A stretch of 64,000 bases of DNA from Eledone cirrhosa (lineage: Eukaryota). A model generated the notes under the pieces. The model saw only the letters and a list, made by a program, of their open reading frames with translations, was not told where the DNA came from and did not search any database. The stretch spans positions 71,548,001 through 71,612,000 of the forward strand of contig OZ024742.1 of NCBI GenBank assembly GCA_964016885.1. The letters are read 5' to 3'. Both the position numbers and the translations under genes were made by a program. Below, piece by piece: positions 38,346 through 51,096 of this stretch. Numbering within the stretch: position 1 is the stretch's first letter; the number at the start of each line of letters is the position of its first letter.

Positions 38346-39679
38346 TCCAGTGTTCAGACAATTTCAATATTAGAAAAGCCAATACTAGCTATTGGGATTA
38401 AATTTAGCTTCCAACAATTAGCAACCTTGTTCAAAGCTCAAGTGTACTGTTACTTAAATAAACTATGAAATCTGTGCAGTGATTTTCAACTGAAGACCTT
38501 TAAACTTATCCACTTGGCTGGTTTATTTTTACACCCACTTATAAGGGCAGTCACCTTAAAATAAATGAAACTGAATTTAATACATGAAGGAGGTGTGTTA
38601 CTTATATTTGCCGGTTGGTGTAGTGTGTAGGATTAGATTTATGTTGGGAAAATATATACTAGTAGGTGGTCCCAAAAGTATTGGATAAAGTATTCATTAT
38701 TGTTGGGAGAGGAGGTGACTCAGTAGAAAGGATGAAAAAGAGAATGAACTTCATCTGGTGAACTTGGTTGGGAGTTCTTCCACAACTTACCAGTTCCTAG
38801 GAAGAGAAAGCATCATAATGGCAGTTATAAAGAGAGGGCAAGGATACAGTAGGTTAAGGTACTAATAATATGATTGTGGTGTTGTATAATAGAAAGTTTG
38901 CTAATTAGTTGGATTACATTTGGAGAAAGAAGGGATCTGGGATATTTGTGTGGAAAGTGTGAGGTTCTGTGTTTGATTGAAGTACATTTCAGCAAGTGCC
39001 TCTTAACATAGACTCAGATCAACCCAAAACTCGCCAGTGAAATTAAGCAGATGAAAACTTGCAAGAATCCCATCAGATAAACTGTAATTCAAAGTGCCCA
39101 ACCATGTCACATACTGTGTCAATGCTGATTTTGCCTGAGGTATATTTTTAATGTTACATGTATGTGTGGGACACATGCATGCACACACACACACAATGAA
39201 TTAGCAGTTCTGTTGATCAAACAACTAGAACACTTCTACATCAAAGAAACCAATGGAGGATTTATTTCCATTTTTACTACCAGAGATATGAAAATCCACA
39301 CCTACCACCACAACAATCACTATCATCTTTATCATTTTATGTCCATATTTCCTTGTTGATATGGTTTAGAAAAGACTTTAAGAGGCAGTATTCTTTTGTT
39401 GTATGCCCTTATTGATACCAACTCTTATAAATGTTTAAGTATGTTATTTATTCCACTGACTTTTGCTTGTTTAACTGCTAAACTGTAGGACATAAAGAAA
39501 TAGTCAGTTTTTTTATGTCGTTACACAACTACACAAAACTGGCTTCCATACAGTTTCTGTCTATCAAATTTCACTAAAAAACATTTTGTTTTAAAATATG
39601 GAAGCATTAATTATTTTAAAACATTGTGGTTATTCAATGCTGGCCATCTCTGGACAGATACATTTCATAAAGTGAGATA

Positions 39680-39912
39680 CATAGGCTGGAGTATAGGAGA
39701 GATTAGTGGCTTATATCTTCTACATGCAGATATATAGACTGGGTTATAGGGCTGATTAATGTCATATACCTTCTATATGTAAATATATAGACTGGGGTAT
39801 AGGGTAGTTAAGTATTCAATACCCTCTACATGTAGATATATAGACTGGGGCATAGGGTAGATTAGTTTTATTTCCCTCTACATGTAGATATATAGACTGG
39901 GCTATAGGATAG
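39680..39912. repeat. ~52-bp minisatellite, 4-5 copies
   Basis: ctacatgtagatatatagactgggg.tataggg repeated. Confidence 0.8.
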
Positions 39913-40085
39913 ATGCCACCAATGTTATCCAAGGGAAAGTCAAAGGCCGATATAACGTGTTGCTAAGTAAATTGGAGCTATGTGATATAAAATCTTTTGT
40001 TCAAGGACACAATACACAGCCTGTTCCAAAAATCGAAGACACAACCTCATGACTGTGAGCCCAATACTCTAATGACTAAGCCACA
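39912..40085 (-). mobile_element. Old SINE family C
   Basis: Reverse tRNA head (tgtggcttagtcattagagtattgggctcac), core gtgtccttgaacaaaaga and tttcccttggataacattggtggcatc, as at 1055-1350. Confidence 0.6.
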
Positions 40086-40129
40086 ATAAAATAAGCACCA
40101 AACTTGAAAAACATAAATACTGGGCTTGA

Positions 40130-40790
40130 TTCTTCTTCTTCTTGAGTCATCTTTTGATCGAAGGTGAAGCATGCACAAAGTTCTTGTTCCAGACTTCCCA
40201 ATTTCATGAGAGCAAGAAGATCCCAGTGAGGCCAGTGTCCCTTACCAACAGAGTGCTGATGGTTATGTTTGGACATCCTACTCGGCGCTTAGCATCTGGT
40301 GTCCAGGGAGCAGTTTCCCTGGTTCATTATGGTGGGAAACATGACCAGCAAGAGCCAAGTGACAGGATCAAACTTTTGATGAAACTTGTGACAGGTCACC
40401 ATAATGAACCTTGTTAGTAGTGTGACTTTGCTATTAAATGTTAAACACCACATGTAACATCTTAGTGGAGGAACCATCAAATCTCTTTGAGTTGGCAACA
40501 TTGAGAGTCCATGACTCTGAACCATATAGCAAGATGGCCTCAAAAGTAGCCTTGAAGACCCTGCACTTCATAGCGCTTGGGTTGGGAGCCTTCCTGACTT
40601 TTTGCAGTGAATTTATTTCACTCCATGCTTGACCAATTCTAGTGGTCATATCATGCTCAGTCAGTGTAGCCACCCAGATACCTAAACTCCTGAACCAGTT
40701 CAATAGGTGAACCATCAGAAGATGTAGTGGACTGAGAGTGGATGGATTCTAATGCATGAATTTAGTCTTCGAAGCCTTGAGAAACAAACC
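40130..40790 (-). mobile_element. 3' fragment of a second RTE-like lineage (BovB/RTE-X type) with a (GAA)n tail
   Basis: FRSLGIWV..TRIGQAW..RVFKATFEAILLYGSESWTL..DGSSTKML. Confidence 0.75.
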
Positions 40791-40887
40791 CACTTTTGGG
40801 GCTTGATATGATTGACTAATCCTTTCAAAGCTGCTATAAGGAACACTATGAACAACAGAATATTGAATCCTGGTGATTTTATAGGTT

Positions 40888-41112
40888 CAACTAATAATGA
40901 TTTCTGATGTAGGCACAAGGCCAACAATTTTGGGGGAAGGGAATGTCGATTAAATCGACCCTAGTACATTGCCAGTGCTTTATTTTATCGACCCTGTAAG
41001 GATGAAAGGCAAAGTTAACCACAGCAGAATTTGAACTCAGAACACAAAAGGACATAACTCTATGCTGCAAAGCATGGTGTCTGACACTCTACCGATACTG
41101 CCAATCCACCAC
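40888..41112 (-). mobile_element. SINE family B whose 5' head continues into the 33-bp array
   Basis: Minus strand ggtggattggcagtatcggtagagtgtcagacaccatgc..gagttcaaattc..ttaactttgcctttcatccttacagggtcgataaaataaag..ggccttgtgcctacatcagaaatcattatt. Confidence 0.88.
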
Positions 41113-44100
41113 CATCACACTCTACCAATATTGCCAATCCACCACCATCACACTCTACCAATACTGCCAATCCACCACCCTGACACTCTACCAATATTGC
41201 CAATCCACCGCCATGACACTCTACCAATATTGCCAATCCACCACCCTGACACTCTACCAATATTGCCAATACACCACCCTGACACTCTACCAATACTGCC
41301 AATCCACCACCCTGACACTCTACCAATATTGCCAATCCACCACCTGACACTCTACCGATACTCCCAATCCACCACCTGACATTCTACCAATATTGCCAAT
41401 CCACCGCCATGACACTCTACCAATATTGCCAATACACCACCATGACACTTTACCAATACTGCCAATCCACCACCCTGACACTCTACCGATACTCCCAATC
41501 CACCGCCATGACACTCTACCGATACTGCCAATCCACCGCCATGACACTCTACCGATACTGCCAATCCACCACCTGACACTCTACCAATACTGCCAATACA
41601 CCGCCATGACACTCTTCCAATACTGCCAATCCACCGCCATGACACTCTACCAATATTGCCAATCCACCACCCTGACACTCTACCGATACTGCCAATCCAC
41701 CACCATGACACTCTACCAATACTGCCAATCCACCACCTGACACTCTACCGATACTGCCAATCCACCGCCATGACACTCTACCGATACTGCCAATCCACCA
41801 CCATGACACTCTACCGATACTGCCAATCCACCGCCATGACACTCTACCAATATTGCCAATCCACTGCCATGACACTCTACCAATACTGCCAATCCACCGC
41901 CATGACACTCTACCAATACTGCCAATCCACCGCCATGACACTCTACCAATACTGCCAATCAACCGCCATGACACTCTACCAATACTGCCAATTCACCACC
42001 CTGACACTACCAATACTGCCAATCCACCACCCTGACACTCTAACAATACTGCCAATCCACCGCCATGACACTCTACCAATACTGCCAATCCACTGCCATG
42101 ACACTCTACCAATACTGCCAATCCACCTCCATGACACTCTACCAATACTGCCAATCCACCGCCATGACACTCTACCGATACTGCCAATCCACCGCCATGA
42201 CACTCTACCAATACTGCCAATCCACCACCCTGACACTCTACCGATACTGCCAATCCACCGCCATGACACTCTACCAATACTGCCAATCCTCCACCTGACA
42301 CTCTACCAATACTGCCAATCCACTGCCATGACATTCTACCGATACTGCCAATCCACCGCCATGACACTCTACCAATACTGCCAATCCACCACCTGACACT
42401 CTACCAATACTGCCAATCCACCACCCTGACACTCTACCGATACTGCCAATCCACCGCCATGACACTCTACCAATACTGCCAATCCACCACCTGACACTCT
42501 ACCAATACTGCCAATCCACTGCCATGACATTCTACCGATACTGCCAATCCACCGCCATGACACTCTACCAATACTGCCAATCCACCACCTGACACTCTAC
42601 CAATACTGCCAATCCACCACCTGACACTCTACCAATACTGCCAATCCACCGCCGTGACACTCTACCAATACTGCCAATCCACTGCCATGACACTCTACCA
42701 ATATTGCCAATCCACCACCATGACACTCTACCAATATTGCCAATCCACCGCCATGACACTCTACCAATACTGCCAATCCACCGCCATGACACTCTACCAA
42801 TATTGCCAATCCACCGCCATGACACTCTACCAATACTGCCAATCCACCTCCATGACACTCTACCAATACTGCCAATCCACCGCCATGACACTCTACCGAT
42901 ACTGCCAATCCACCGCCATGACACTCTACCAATATTGCCAATCCACCACCATGACACTCTACCAATACTGCCAATCCACCTCCATGACACTCTACCAATA
43001 CTGCCAATACACCACCATGACACTCTACCGATACTGCCAATCCACCGCCATGACACTCTACCAATACTGCCAATCCACCACCTGACACTCTACCAATACT
43101 GCCAATCCACCGCCACGACACTCTACCAATACTGCCAATCCACCGCCCTGACACTCTACCAATACTGCCAATCCACCACCCTGACACTCTACCAATACTG
43201 CCAATCCACCACCTGACATTCTACCAATATTGCCAATCCACCGCCATGACACTCTACCAATACTGCCAATCCACCTCCATGACACTCTACCAATACTGCC
43301 AATCCACCGCCATGACACACTACCGATACTGCCAATCCACCGCCATGACACTCTACCAATATTGCCAATCCACCACACTGACACTCTACCAATACTGCCA
43401 ATCCACCGCCATGACACTCTACCAATATTGCCAATCCACCACACTGACACTCTACCAATACTGCCAATCCACCGCCATGACACTCTACCAATACTGCCAA
43501 TCCACCACCCTGACACTCTACCAATACTGCCAATCCACCGCCATGACACTCTACCAATACTGCCAATCCACCACACTGACACTCTACCAATACTGCCAAT
43601 CCACCGCCATGACACTCTACCAATATTGCCAATCCACCACCCTGACACTCTACCAATATTGCCAATCCACCGCCATGACACTCTACCAATACTGCCAATC
43701 CACCGCCATGACACTCTACCAATATTGCCAATCCACCACACTGACACTCTACCAATACTGCCAATCCACCGCCATGACACTCTACCAATATTGCCAATCC
43801 ACCGCCATGACACTCTACCAATATTGCCAATCCACCACACTGACACTCTACCAATACTGCCAATCCACCGCCATGACACTCTACCAATACTGCCAATCCA
43901 CCGCCATGACACTCTACCAATATTGCCAATCCACCACACTGACACTCTACCAATACTGCCAATCCACCGCCATGACACTCTACCAATATTGCCAATCCAC
44001 CGCCATGACACTCTACCAATATTGCCAATCCACCGCCATGACACTCTACCAATACTGCCAATCCACCGCCCTGACACTCTACCAATACTGCCAATCCACC

Positions 44101-45626
44101 ACCCTGACACTCTACCAATACTGCCAATCCACCGCCATGACACTCTACCAATACTGCCAATCCACCACACTGACACTCTACCAATACTGCCAATCCACCG
44201 CCATGACACTCTACCAATATTGCCAATCCACCACCCTGACACTCTACCAATATTACCAATCCACCGCCATGACACTCTACCAATACTGCCAATCCACCGC
44301 CATGACACTCTACCAATATTGCCAATCCACCACACTGACACTCTACCAATACTGCCAATCCACCGCCATGACACTCTACCAATATTGCCAATCCACCGCC
44401 ATGACACTCTACCAATACTGCCAATCCACCACCCTGACACTACCAATATTGCCTATCCACCTCCATGACACTCTACCGATACTGCCAATCCACCACCATG
44501 ACACTCTACCGATACTGCCAATCCACCACCATGACACTCTACCAATACTGCCAATCCACCGCCATGACACTCTACCAATACTGCCAATCCACCACCCTGA
44601 CACTCTACCAATATTGCCAATCCACCGCCATGACACTCTACCAATACTGCCAATCCACCGCCCTGACACTCTACCAATATTGCCAATCCACCTCCATGAC
44701 ACTCTACCGATACTGCCAATCCACCACCATGACACTCTACCAATACTGCCAATCCACCGCCCTGACACTCTACCAATACTGCCAATCCACCGCCATGACA
44801 CTCTACCAATACTGCCAATCCACCACCCTGACACTCTACCAATATTGCCAATCCACCGCCATGACACTCTACCAATACTGCCAATCCACCGCCCTGACAC
44901 TCTACCAATATTGCCAATCCACCTCCATGACACTCTACCGATACTGCCAATCCACCACCATGACACTCTACCAATATTGCCAATCCACCACCCTGACACT
45001 CTACCAATACTGCCAATCCACCGCCATGACACTCTACCAATACTGCCAATCCACCACCCTGACACTCTACCAATATTGCCAATCCACCGCCATGACACTC
45101 TACCAATACTGCCAATCCACCGCCCTGACACTCTACCAATATTGCCAATCCACCACCCTGACACTCTACCAATACTGCCAATCCACCGCCATGACACTCT
45201 ACCAATACTGCCAATCCACCACCCTGACACTCTACCAATATTGCCAATCCACCGCCATGACACTCTACCAATACTGCCAATCCACCGCCCTGACACTCTA
45301 CCAATATTGCCAATCCACCTCCATGACACTCTACCAATACTGCCAATCCACCGCCATGACACTCTACCAATACTGCCAATCCACCACCCTGACACTCTAC
45401 CAATATTGCCAATCCACCGCCATGACACTCTACCAATACTGCCAATCCACCGCCCTGACACTCTACCAATATTGCCAATCCACCTCCATGACACTCTACC
45501 GATACTGCCAATCCACCACCATGACACTCTACCAATACTGCCAATCCACCGCCCTGACACTCTACCAATACTGCCAATCCACCGCCCTGACACTCTACCA
45601 ATACTGCCAATCCACCGCCAATCCAC
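41081..45626. repeat. 33-bp minisatellite, about 138 copies, derived from the SINE B 5' end
   Basis: Unit (a/c)tgacactctaccRataYtgccaatccaccRcc; reverse complement GGCGGTGGATTGGCAGTATYGGTAGAGTGTCA(G/T) matches the SINE B head at 52661. Confidence 0.97.
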
Positions 45627-45729
45627 ATTATGTTCAACTAATAAGAGTTATATTAGAAAATTATTTATATTATATATGGCTATAAACTAACTGTTAGATC
45701 TCTTAACTAAGACTTTACTATCTGTATGG

Positions 45730-47400
45730 AGCGGGGAGATCTACATGGTATATGGGACTATCCACATGGTGTGTATAGGGGGACTGTTTACAGTGTGTGT
45801 GTAGGGGGACGGTTTACATGGTATGTGGGACTATCCACATGGTGTGTGTAGGGGGAATGTTTACAGTGTGTGTGTGTGGGGGGGGGGGATGGACTATCCG
45901 CATGGTGTGTTGTGTGTGTATGACTGTCAAAATGATGTGAGTGTAGGGGGGGACTATCCACATGGTGTTTTGTGTGTGTGAACACCCTCCCCTCCCATCC
46001 TTTCAGTTTTTGTAACAATACCACAAAATACATCTTTATCATCGATTCTCTTCCAATTGACTGCAACCAATACTTCACTACTACCAACACCATCAACAAC
46101 ATCACTACTACCACCACTACCATTACCATAAACACTATTACTACCATCTCCACCACTACAATCACCCCCATCACTGTTAACACCACCACCGCTATCACCA
46201 CAATTATCAGCACTACCAACACCTCCACTGTCACCCCCACCAACACCATCACCACCTCTGTCACCACCACCATCATCACCATCAACAACAGCACTACCAC
46301 CATCACCAGCACCAGTAACAACAATAACAACAACAATATCATACAAGACAGAATGGGAACTCTGTCTCTCAACTGATTTCTCTTCATGTTCGTTGCTTAT
46401 TGATTGGTTTGTCAGGTTCTTGCTGTTACCATAGTTACTACAGTAATACAGAGCATAGATTAGTTGCTGTTGTCATGGCTACTATTGTTGCTGCTGTGAG
46501 GGAATCTAGTTCAGTTCATTGATATAATCAGTGTGTGTGTGTGTATGCATGTGTGTAGGGGGATGCTTCAAGCTCTCATGCATATGTATGCATACACGCG
46601 CATGCAAATGCACACATTGGAAATAGCTGTGTCATATACACATGCATAGTAGTTGTCTGGCTTCTATATATGCATATTATACACCCCTAAATACATATAG
46701 GGGTTTATATCATATATATAGGTATACATGACACATATATAGGTATACACTATACATAGGTATATACCACACAGAGGTATCCACTACACATGGATATACA
46801 CCACACATGTGTATACACCATACATATATAGTATACACCTTACATATATGGGTGTATACCATACATGTGGGGGTATGCACTGCATATATAGGTATGCATC
46901 ATGCATATATGGGTATATATCATACATGCATGTGTATACACCCCACATAGGTATACTACACGCATATGTGTATACATCATACATATATGGGTATACACCA
47001 CCCATGTGTAGGTATATACTATACATATATGGTTATATATCATACATTGGTATACACTTTACATATATAGATATATAGCATGTATATATGGTTATATACC
47101 ATATATATATGAGTATACACCACGCATATATAAGTATACACTGTACATATGTGGATGTATATAATAGTACATTGGTATACACCACACATATTAATATACA
47201 CTGTATATATATATAGGTATATATCATACACACATTGGTATACACTATACATATATAGGTATATATCGTACATATATGGTTATATACCAAACATATATGA
47301 GTATACACCACACATATATAAGTATACAGCACATATAGATATAGATCATACAAATATAGTTATACACCATACGTATATGGGTATAAACCACACATATAGG
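45730..47400. repeat. Low-complexity block (ggactatccacatggtgt repeats, ACC/ATC tract, degenerate TA/CA repeats)
   Basis: Direct reading; source of the poly-V/T/G and Y/I/H ORFs. Confidence 0.8.
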
Positions 47401-47519
47401 TATCTGGCATCTGGTTCCTCCAACCTCACGGCAACAGGCCACTATACTCTTTCGTCTTTCTCTGTCTCTGGCAAGGGTTGATGCTTGAAAGCAGTTTTTG
47501 CCACACCTGTGCAGGTCGT

Positions 47520-47730
47520 CTTCTGGAAGGCCCCCTTGTAGTCCTCTAGAGTGAAGGTGTCACAGCCTCCTTCATCTCCTCCACATCCCAAAAGCAGGTA
47601 CCCTTGGGCTTCTCCTTCAGCTTTGGAAACATGCGGTCACATGCAGCTAAGTCTGGACTGTAGGGAAGATAAAGGACAGTCTTGATCCCCATATCGGAAG
47701 TAGTTGGTCACCAGGATGGATTTGTGCTAG
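47520..47730 (-). mobile_element. Mariner transposase fragment
   Basis: Minus strand MGIKTVLYLPYSPDLAACD-MFPKLKEK, the mariner YSPDLAPxD motif. Confidence 0.7.
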
Positions 47731-48057
47731 CTGGCAGATGGCAATATATTTTGCCGTTCCTGGGACTTTTGTCCTAGGTAAGGAAAATGCTCTCTGATGA
47801 TCCGAACATTTCCATTGGAGGTCCCCAGGATCTCCAATCTTTTGTAAAGTGAAACCATCGGTAAAAGCAAATGGAATAGGTAAATATTTAAATTATATTT
47901 TTTAATTTATTTAAAAAAATTGTTTGAATCTTACTTGCTCCGCTTATCTCAATTTTATAGTTCTGGTATGTCAAATTAATACCATGGAACAACCACTGTA
48001 TCATAGACACCCTATATATTTCCAGGGGTACTTAGTACCTGTGGGGATATTAATCTC

Positions 48058-48149
<92 letters not shown>

Positions 48150-48150
<1 letters not shown>

Positions 48151-48355
48151 CATCGTTTAACGTCTATCTTCCACGCTAGAATGGGTTAGACGGGAATTAT
48201 CCCATTTGAGGTAAGATTGGTTGGGTGACCGTGTCTCACTTGTATAGGACCATCTGGCAGGTTTTCTACGGTTGGATGCCCTTTCTAACACCAACCACAT
48301 TTACAGTGTGGACTGGGAGCTTTTTATTGTGTTATCTACACGACCACATTACAGC
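48150..48355 (-). mobile_element. Non-autonomous RTE derivative (family of 3941-4403)
   Basis: catcgtttaacgtctatcttccacgctagaatgggtt..ggttggatgccctttctaacaccaaccacatttacagtgtggactggg. Confidence 0.65.
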
Positions 48356-49443
48356 ATGAACTGTTTTTTTCCCTTCTCTCTTTGCTTTTTTTTTCTCTTT
48401 CTCTTTCCTTCTCCTTTTTCCTTTCTTTTTGTTGTGACAACTAGACGACCTCATTAGTTTGGACTGGATGTTGTGGTACCAACATAACTTTATAGAGAAA
48501 GGGTGGTGTTGGCAGGAGTGGAAGGGTGGAGTAGGGGTAGTGGGTTTGGATGTATGATTGGTTTGGAAGGGCCTACTGACTGTAGGTTAACTTTGCACGT
48601 AGGGAACGTGGGTCTTCTGTATTACTGCATGACACCAAAGATCTCGATCCAGTGACATTGTCTTAGAGAGGTGCAATGAACCTATTACGTACTGAAGTCT
48701 TCACTACCCTAGAGTTTGGGGAATCACCATTACCACCACCACCATCATTTTTGTATGCCCCAACCTCCATTTTAACGTGGGTTTAATGGCACTTTTTGGG
48801 TCAGCTTTTCTACCACTGGGTGTCCTTTCTGATGACAACCTATATTTTAATTGGAACACCATGCATCTTCATCAAAATGCTATAAAGTTGGAGATATTGT
48901 TTACATGGGACATAAGCAAATGTCTCTGCTTGCTTTAAAGGTTGTTGAAAAATAAACTGACACACCACAAACCTCAAGAAGTTGTTTGACTGAATAACCA
49001 TCCATCTAAACTTTTTGTTAATTATATTTTTAATTAAATATGATTTTCAAATAATTTGGAAAATAATAATTTCTCTTGCTAATGCTTCTTCTTCTGGTAC
49101 AGAACATTAAAAGCTGGAATGACAGTCGAAGTAGTCAAATTCTGACAAATAGATGTTCAGTCTGAACCACGACAGGTCTAAAGCCTATAATTTACTAGTT
49201 CATAACATTTCACATCACACAGATAAACTGTCTCATCTCAACTAGGTTATAATTTAGATTTTTTTCCATTTGTTTGTTTTACTAGCATTTTATAGATTCT
49301 GTTATGTTTACAATTAAATTTATATGATCATAGGAAATAATTGCAAAGATATATAGATATTTATCAAATAATTGTAAAAAGATAGATATAGATTTATTGA
49401 TGTCAGACTTTTTGATTTGATTTTATTCATTGCTTTTTAAAAA

Positions 49444-49494
<51 letters not shown>

Positions 49495-49495
<1 letters not shown>

Positions 49496-49880
49496 AAACT
49501 AATTAGAAAGTTAGACGAGGCGCTTAGTAACGGCATCATAACCGACGTGCTTGCTGCGAGATTGGCCCTCGAACAATTCTTCAATGCTAAGCATGAAGGC
49601 TGCATTGTTAGAGCTAGGGTGTGTGCTCTTAGACACGAAGGGACGAAAGCCATTCAATAGGCCCAATTGGTAGAGGTATAACGCAGCAGCAAAGCCACAA
49701 TCCAGTCTCTGGCACACCACAACAGGCACATGTTACTTGATCCCTAACAAATGTGTGCGGCCTTTCAGCAGCACTTCTCTTTAACTGAGCTACATCTTGG
49801 GTCAAGAAGAGACCAAGACTGGGCTCTGTGTATTGTATTGTCTCCTTTTTGTTGGCCCTTGTGGCAAATAAAAAGAAATA
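49495..49880 (+). mobile_element. Internally deleted Tx1-like LINE fragment between (ATT)/(AAT) runs
   Basis: LIRKLDEALSNGIITDVLAARLALEQFFNAKHEGCIVRARV aligns to 54720-54890; ends in ggcccttgtggcaaataaaaagaaat, the same 3' terminus as 52618 and 55469. Confidence 0.7.
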
Positions 49881-49909
49881 ATAATAATAATTATTATTAT
49901 TACTTTGGT

Positions 49910-50099
49910 AGGGCGGTGAATTGGCAGTATCGGTAGAGGGTCGGACATGCTTTCCTGCATAGTTACGTCCCTTTACGATCTGAGTTCAAATCCCGCCGAG
50001 GTTAACTTTGCCTTTCATCCTTATGAGGTCGATAAAATAAAGTAGCAGTAATGTACTGGGTAATTGCTGGCCTTGTGCCAAAAGTAGAAACAATTATTA
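49910..50099 (+). mobile_element. SINE family B, short subfamily
   Basis: gggcggtgaattggcagtatcggtagag..gagttcaaatccc..gcctttcatcc..ggccttgtgccaaaagtagaaacaattatt. Confidence 0.88.
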
Positions 50100-50795
50100 C
50101 TTTGATATCTCAGTCATTGTTATTTAACCAGAAAATTGGCCCTAGTGAATATCAAGCTGCTACCTGCAACTTCAGATATTCAGGGCGTATCAGAGGGTCC
50201 TTGCCGTTCCCAGTAGGCATGCCTTCTGGAGTGTTCCAAAAAAGGGGGCTGGGCTAATATTTAATCGGTCTTGGAAGCTCTTCAAGATAGCACCTAGTGC
50301 TTCTATGATGATTGGGATGACCTTGATTTCTTGACATTTCCAAATTCTTTTCAGTTCCCATTTTAAATCCTGGTGCAGGTTAATTTGCTCTTTCTCCTTT
50401 TCTTGCACTCTTATGTCAAAGAGGCAGGCTACATCTATAATCAAGCAAGATCTTTTTTTTTTGCTAAAAACCATTGGGTCAGGCCTATTGTATTCTAACT
50501 CTTTGTCCATTTGTATCCTGAAATCCCACAGCACCTTCACCTGGTCATTTTCTATCACCGATTCTGGCTTATGCTCATACCATTTCTCAGAATGAGGTAA
50601 CTTGTTCAGTTTGCATAAATGCCAATGAATTACTTTTCCTATGATATCATGCCTCCATCCTTTACAGTGAGTCTGGGCCAGCCTCCTCTTTGTAAATATG
50701 GTGTTTCATTCACTTCGTTCTAAGGGCTTGCTCCTGTACAGCCAGTAGCATTCCCTCTATGACGTTCTTAAGGTCCCCTTTCTTTGCCAAGGTTA
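50100..50795 (-). mobile_element. R4/Dong-like LINE 3' end (restriction-like endonuclease domain)
   Basis: RHDIIGKVIHWHLC..WYEHKPESVIENDQVKVLWDFRIQMD..NRPD..CLIIDVAC..VIPIIIEALG..LQKACLLGTAR. Confidence 0.9.
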
Positions 50796-50925
50796 GCTTT
50801 GCCTTTCATCCTCACAACATCAACAAAATAAAGCACCAGTAATGCACTTGGGTCGATTTAATCAAGTTTCCTCTCCCCCAAAATTGCTGGCCTTGTGCCT
50901 ATAATAGAAACAATTATTATTATTA
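50786..50925 (+). mobile_element. SINE family B, 3' half (loop of the inverted repeat)
   Basis: gccaaggttagctttgcctttcatcc..ggccttgtgcctataatagaaaca(att)n. Confidence 0.85.
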
Positions 50926-51096
50926 TAACCTCGGCAAAGAAAGGGGACCTTAAGAACGTCATAGAGGGAATGGTACTGGCTGTACAGGAGCAAGCCCTTA
51001 GAACGAAGTGAATGAAACACCATATTTACAAAGAGGAGGCTGGCCCAGACTCACTGTAAAGGATGGAGGCATGATATCATAGGTAAAGTAATCCAT
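50926..51096 (+). repeat. Inverted duplicate of 50625-50795
   Basis: Reverse complement with 2 mismatches over the ~158-bp core. Confidence 0.95.

Noticed and set aside
41081-45626. CRISPR-like appearance (repeat of about 30 bp with variable positions)
   Set aside because: Units are contiguous with no unique spacers, there are no cas genes, and the context is a eukaryotic intron.
41060-45690. Long ORFs (up to 814 aa) of TLPILPIHRHD, TLYQYCQSTAM and WIGSIGRVSWR repeats
   Set aside because: A 33-bp unit lacking stops in several frames on both strands; 31/32-bp units shift frames freely, and the unit derives from a SINE head.
45788-46387. Poly-Val 'signal/TM' and Thr-rich ORFs
   Set aside because: Low-complexity ACC/ATC/AAC trinucleotide tract open in several frames.
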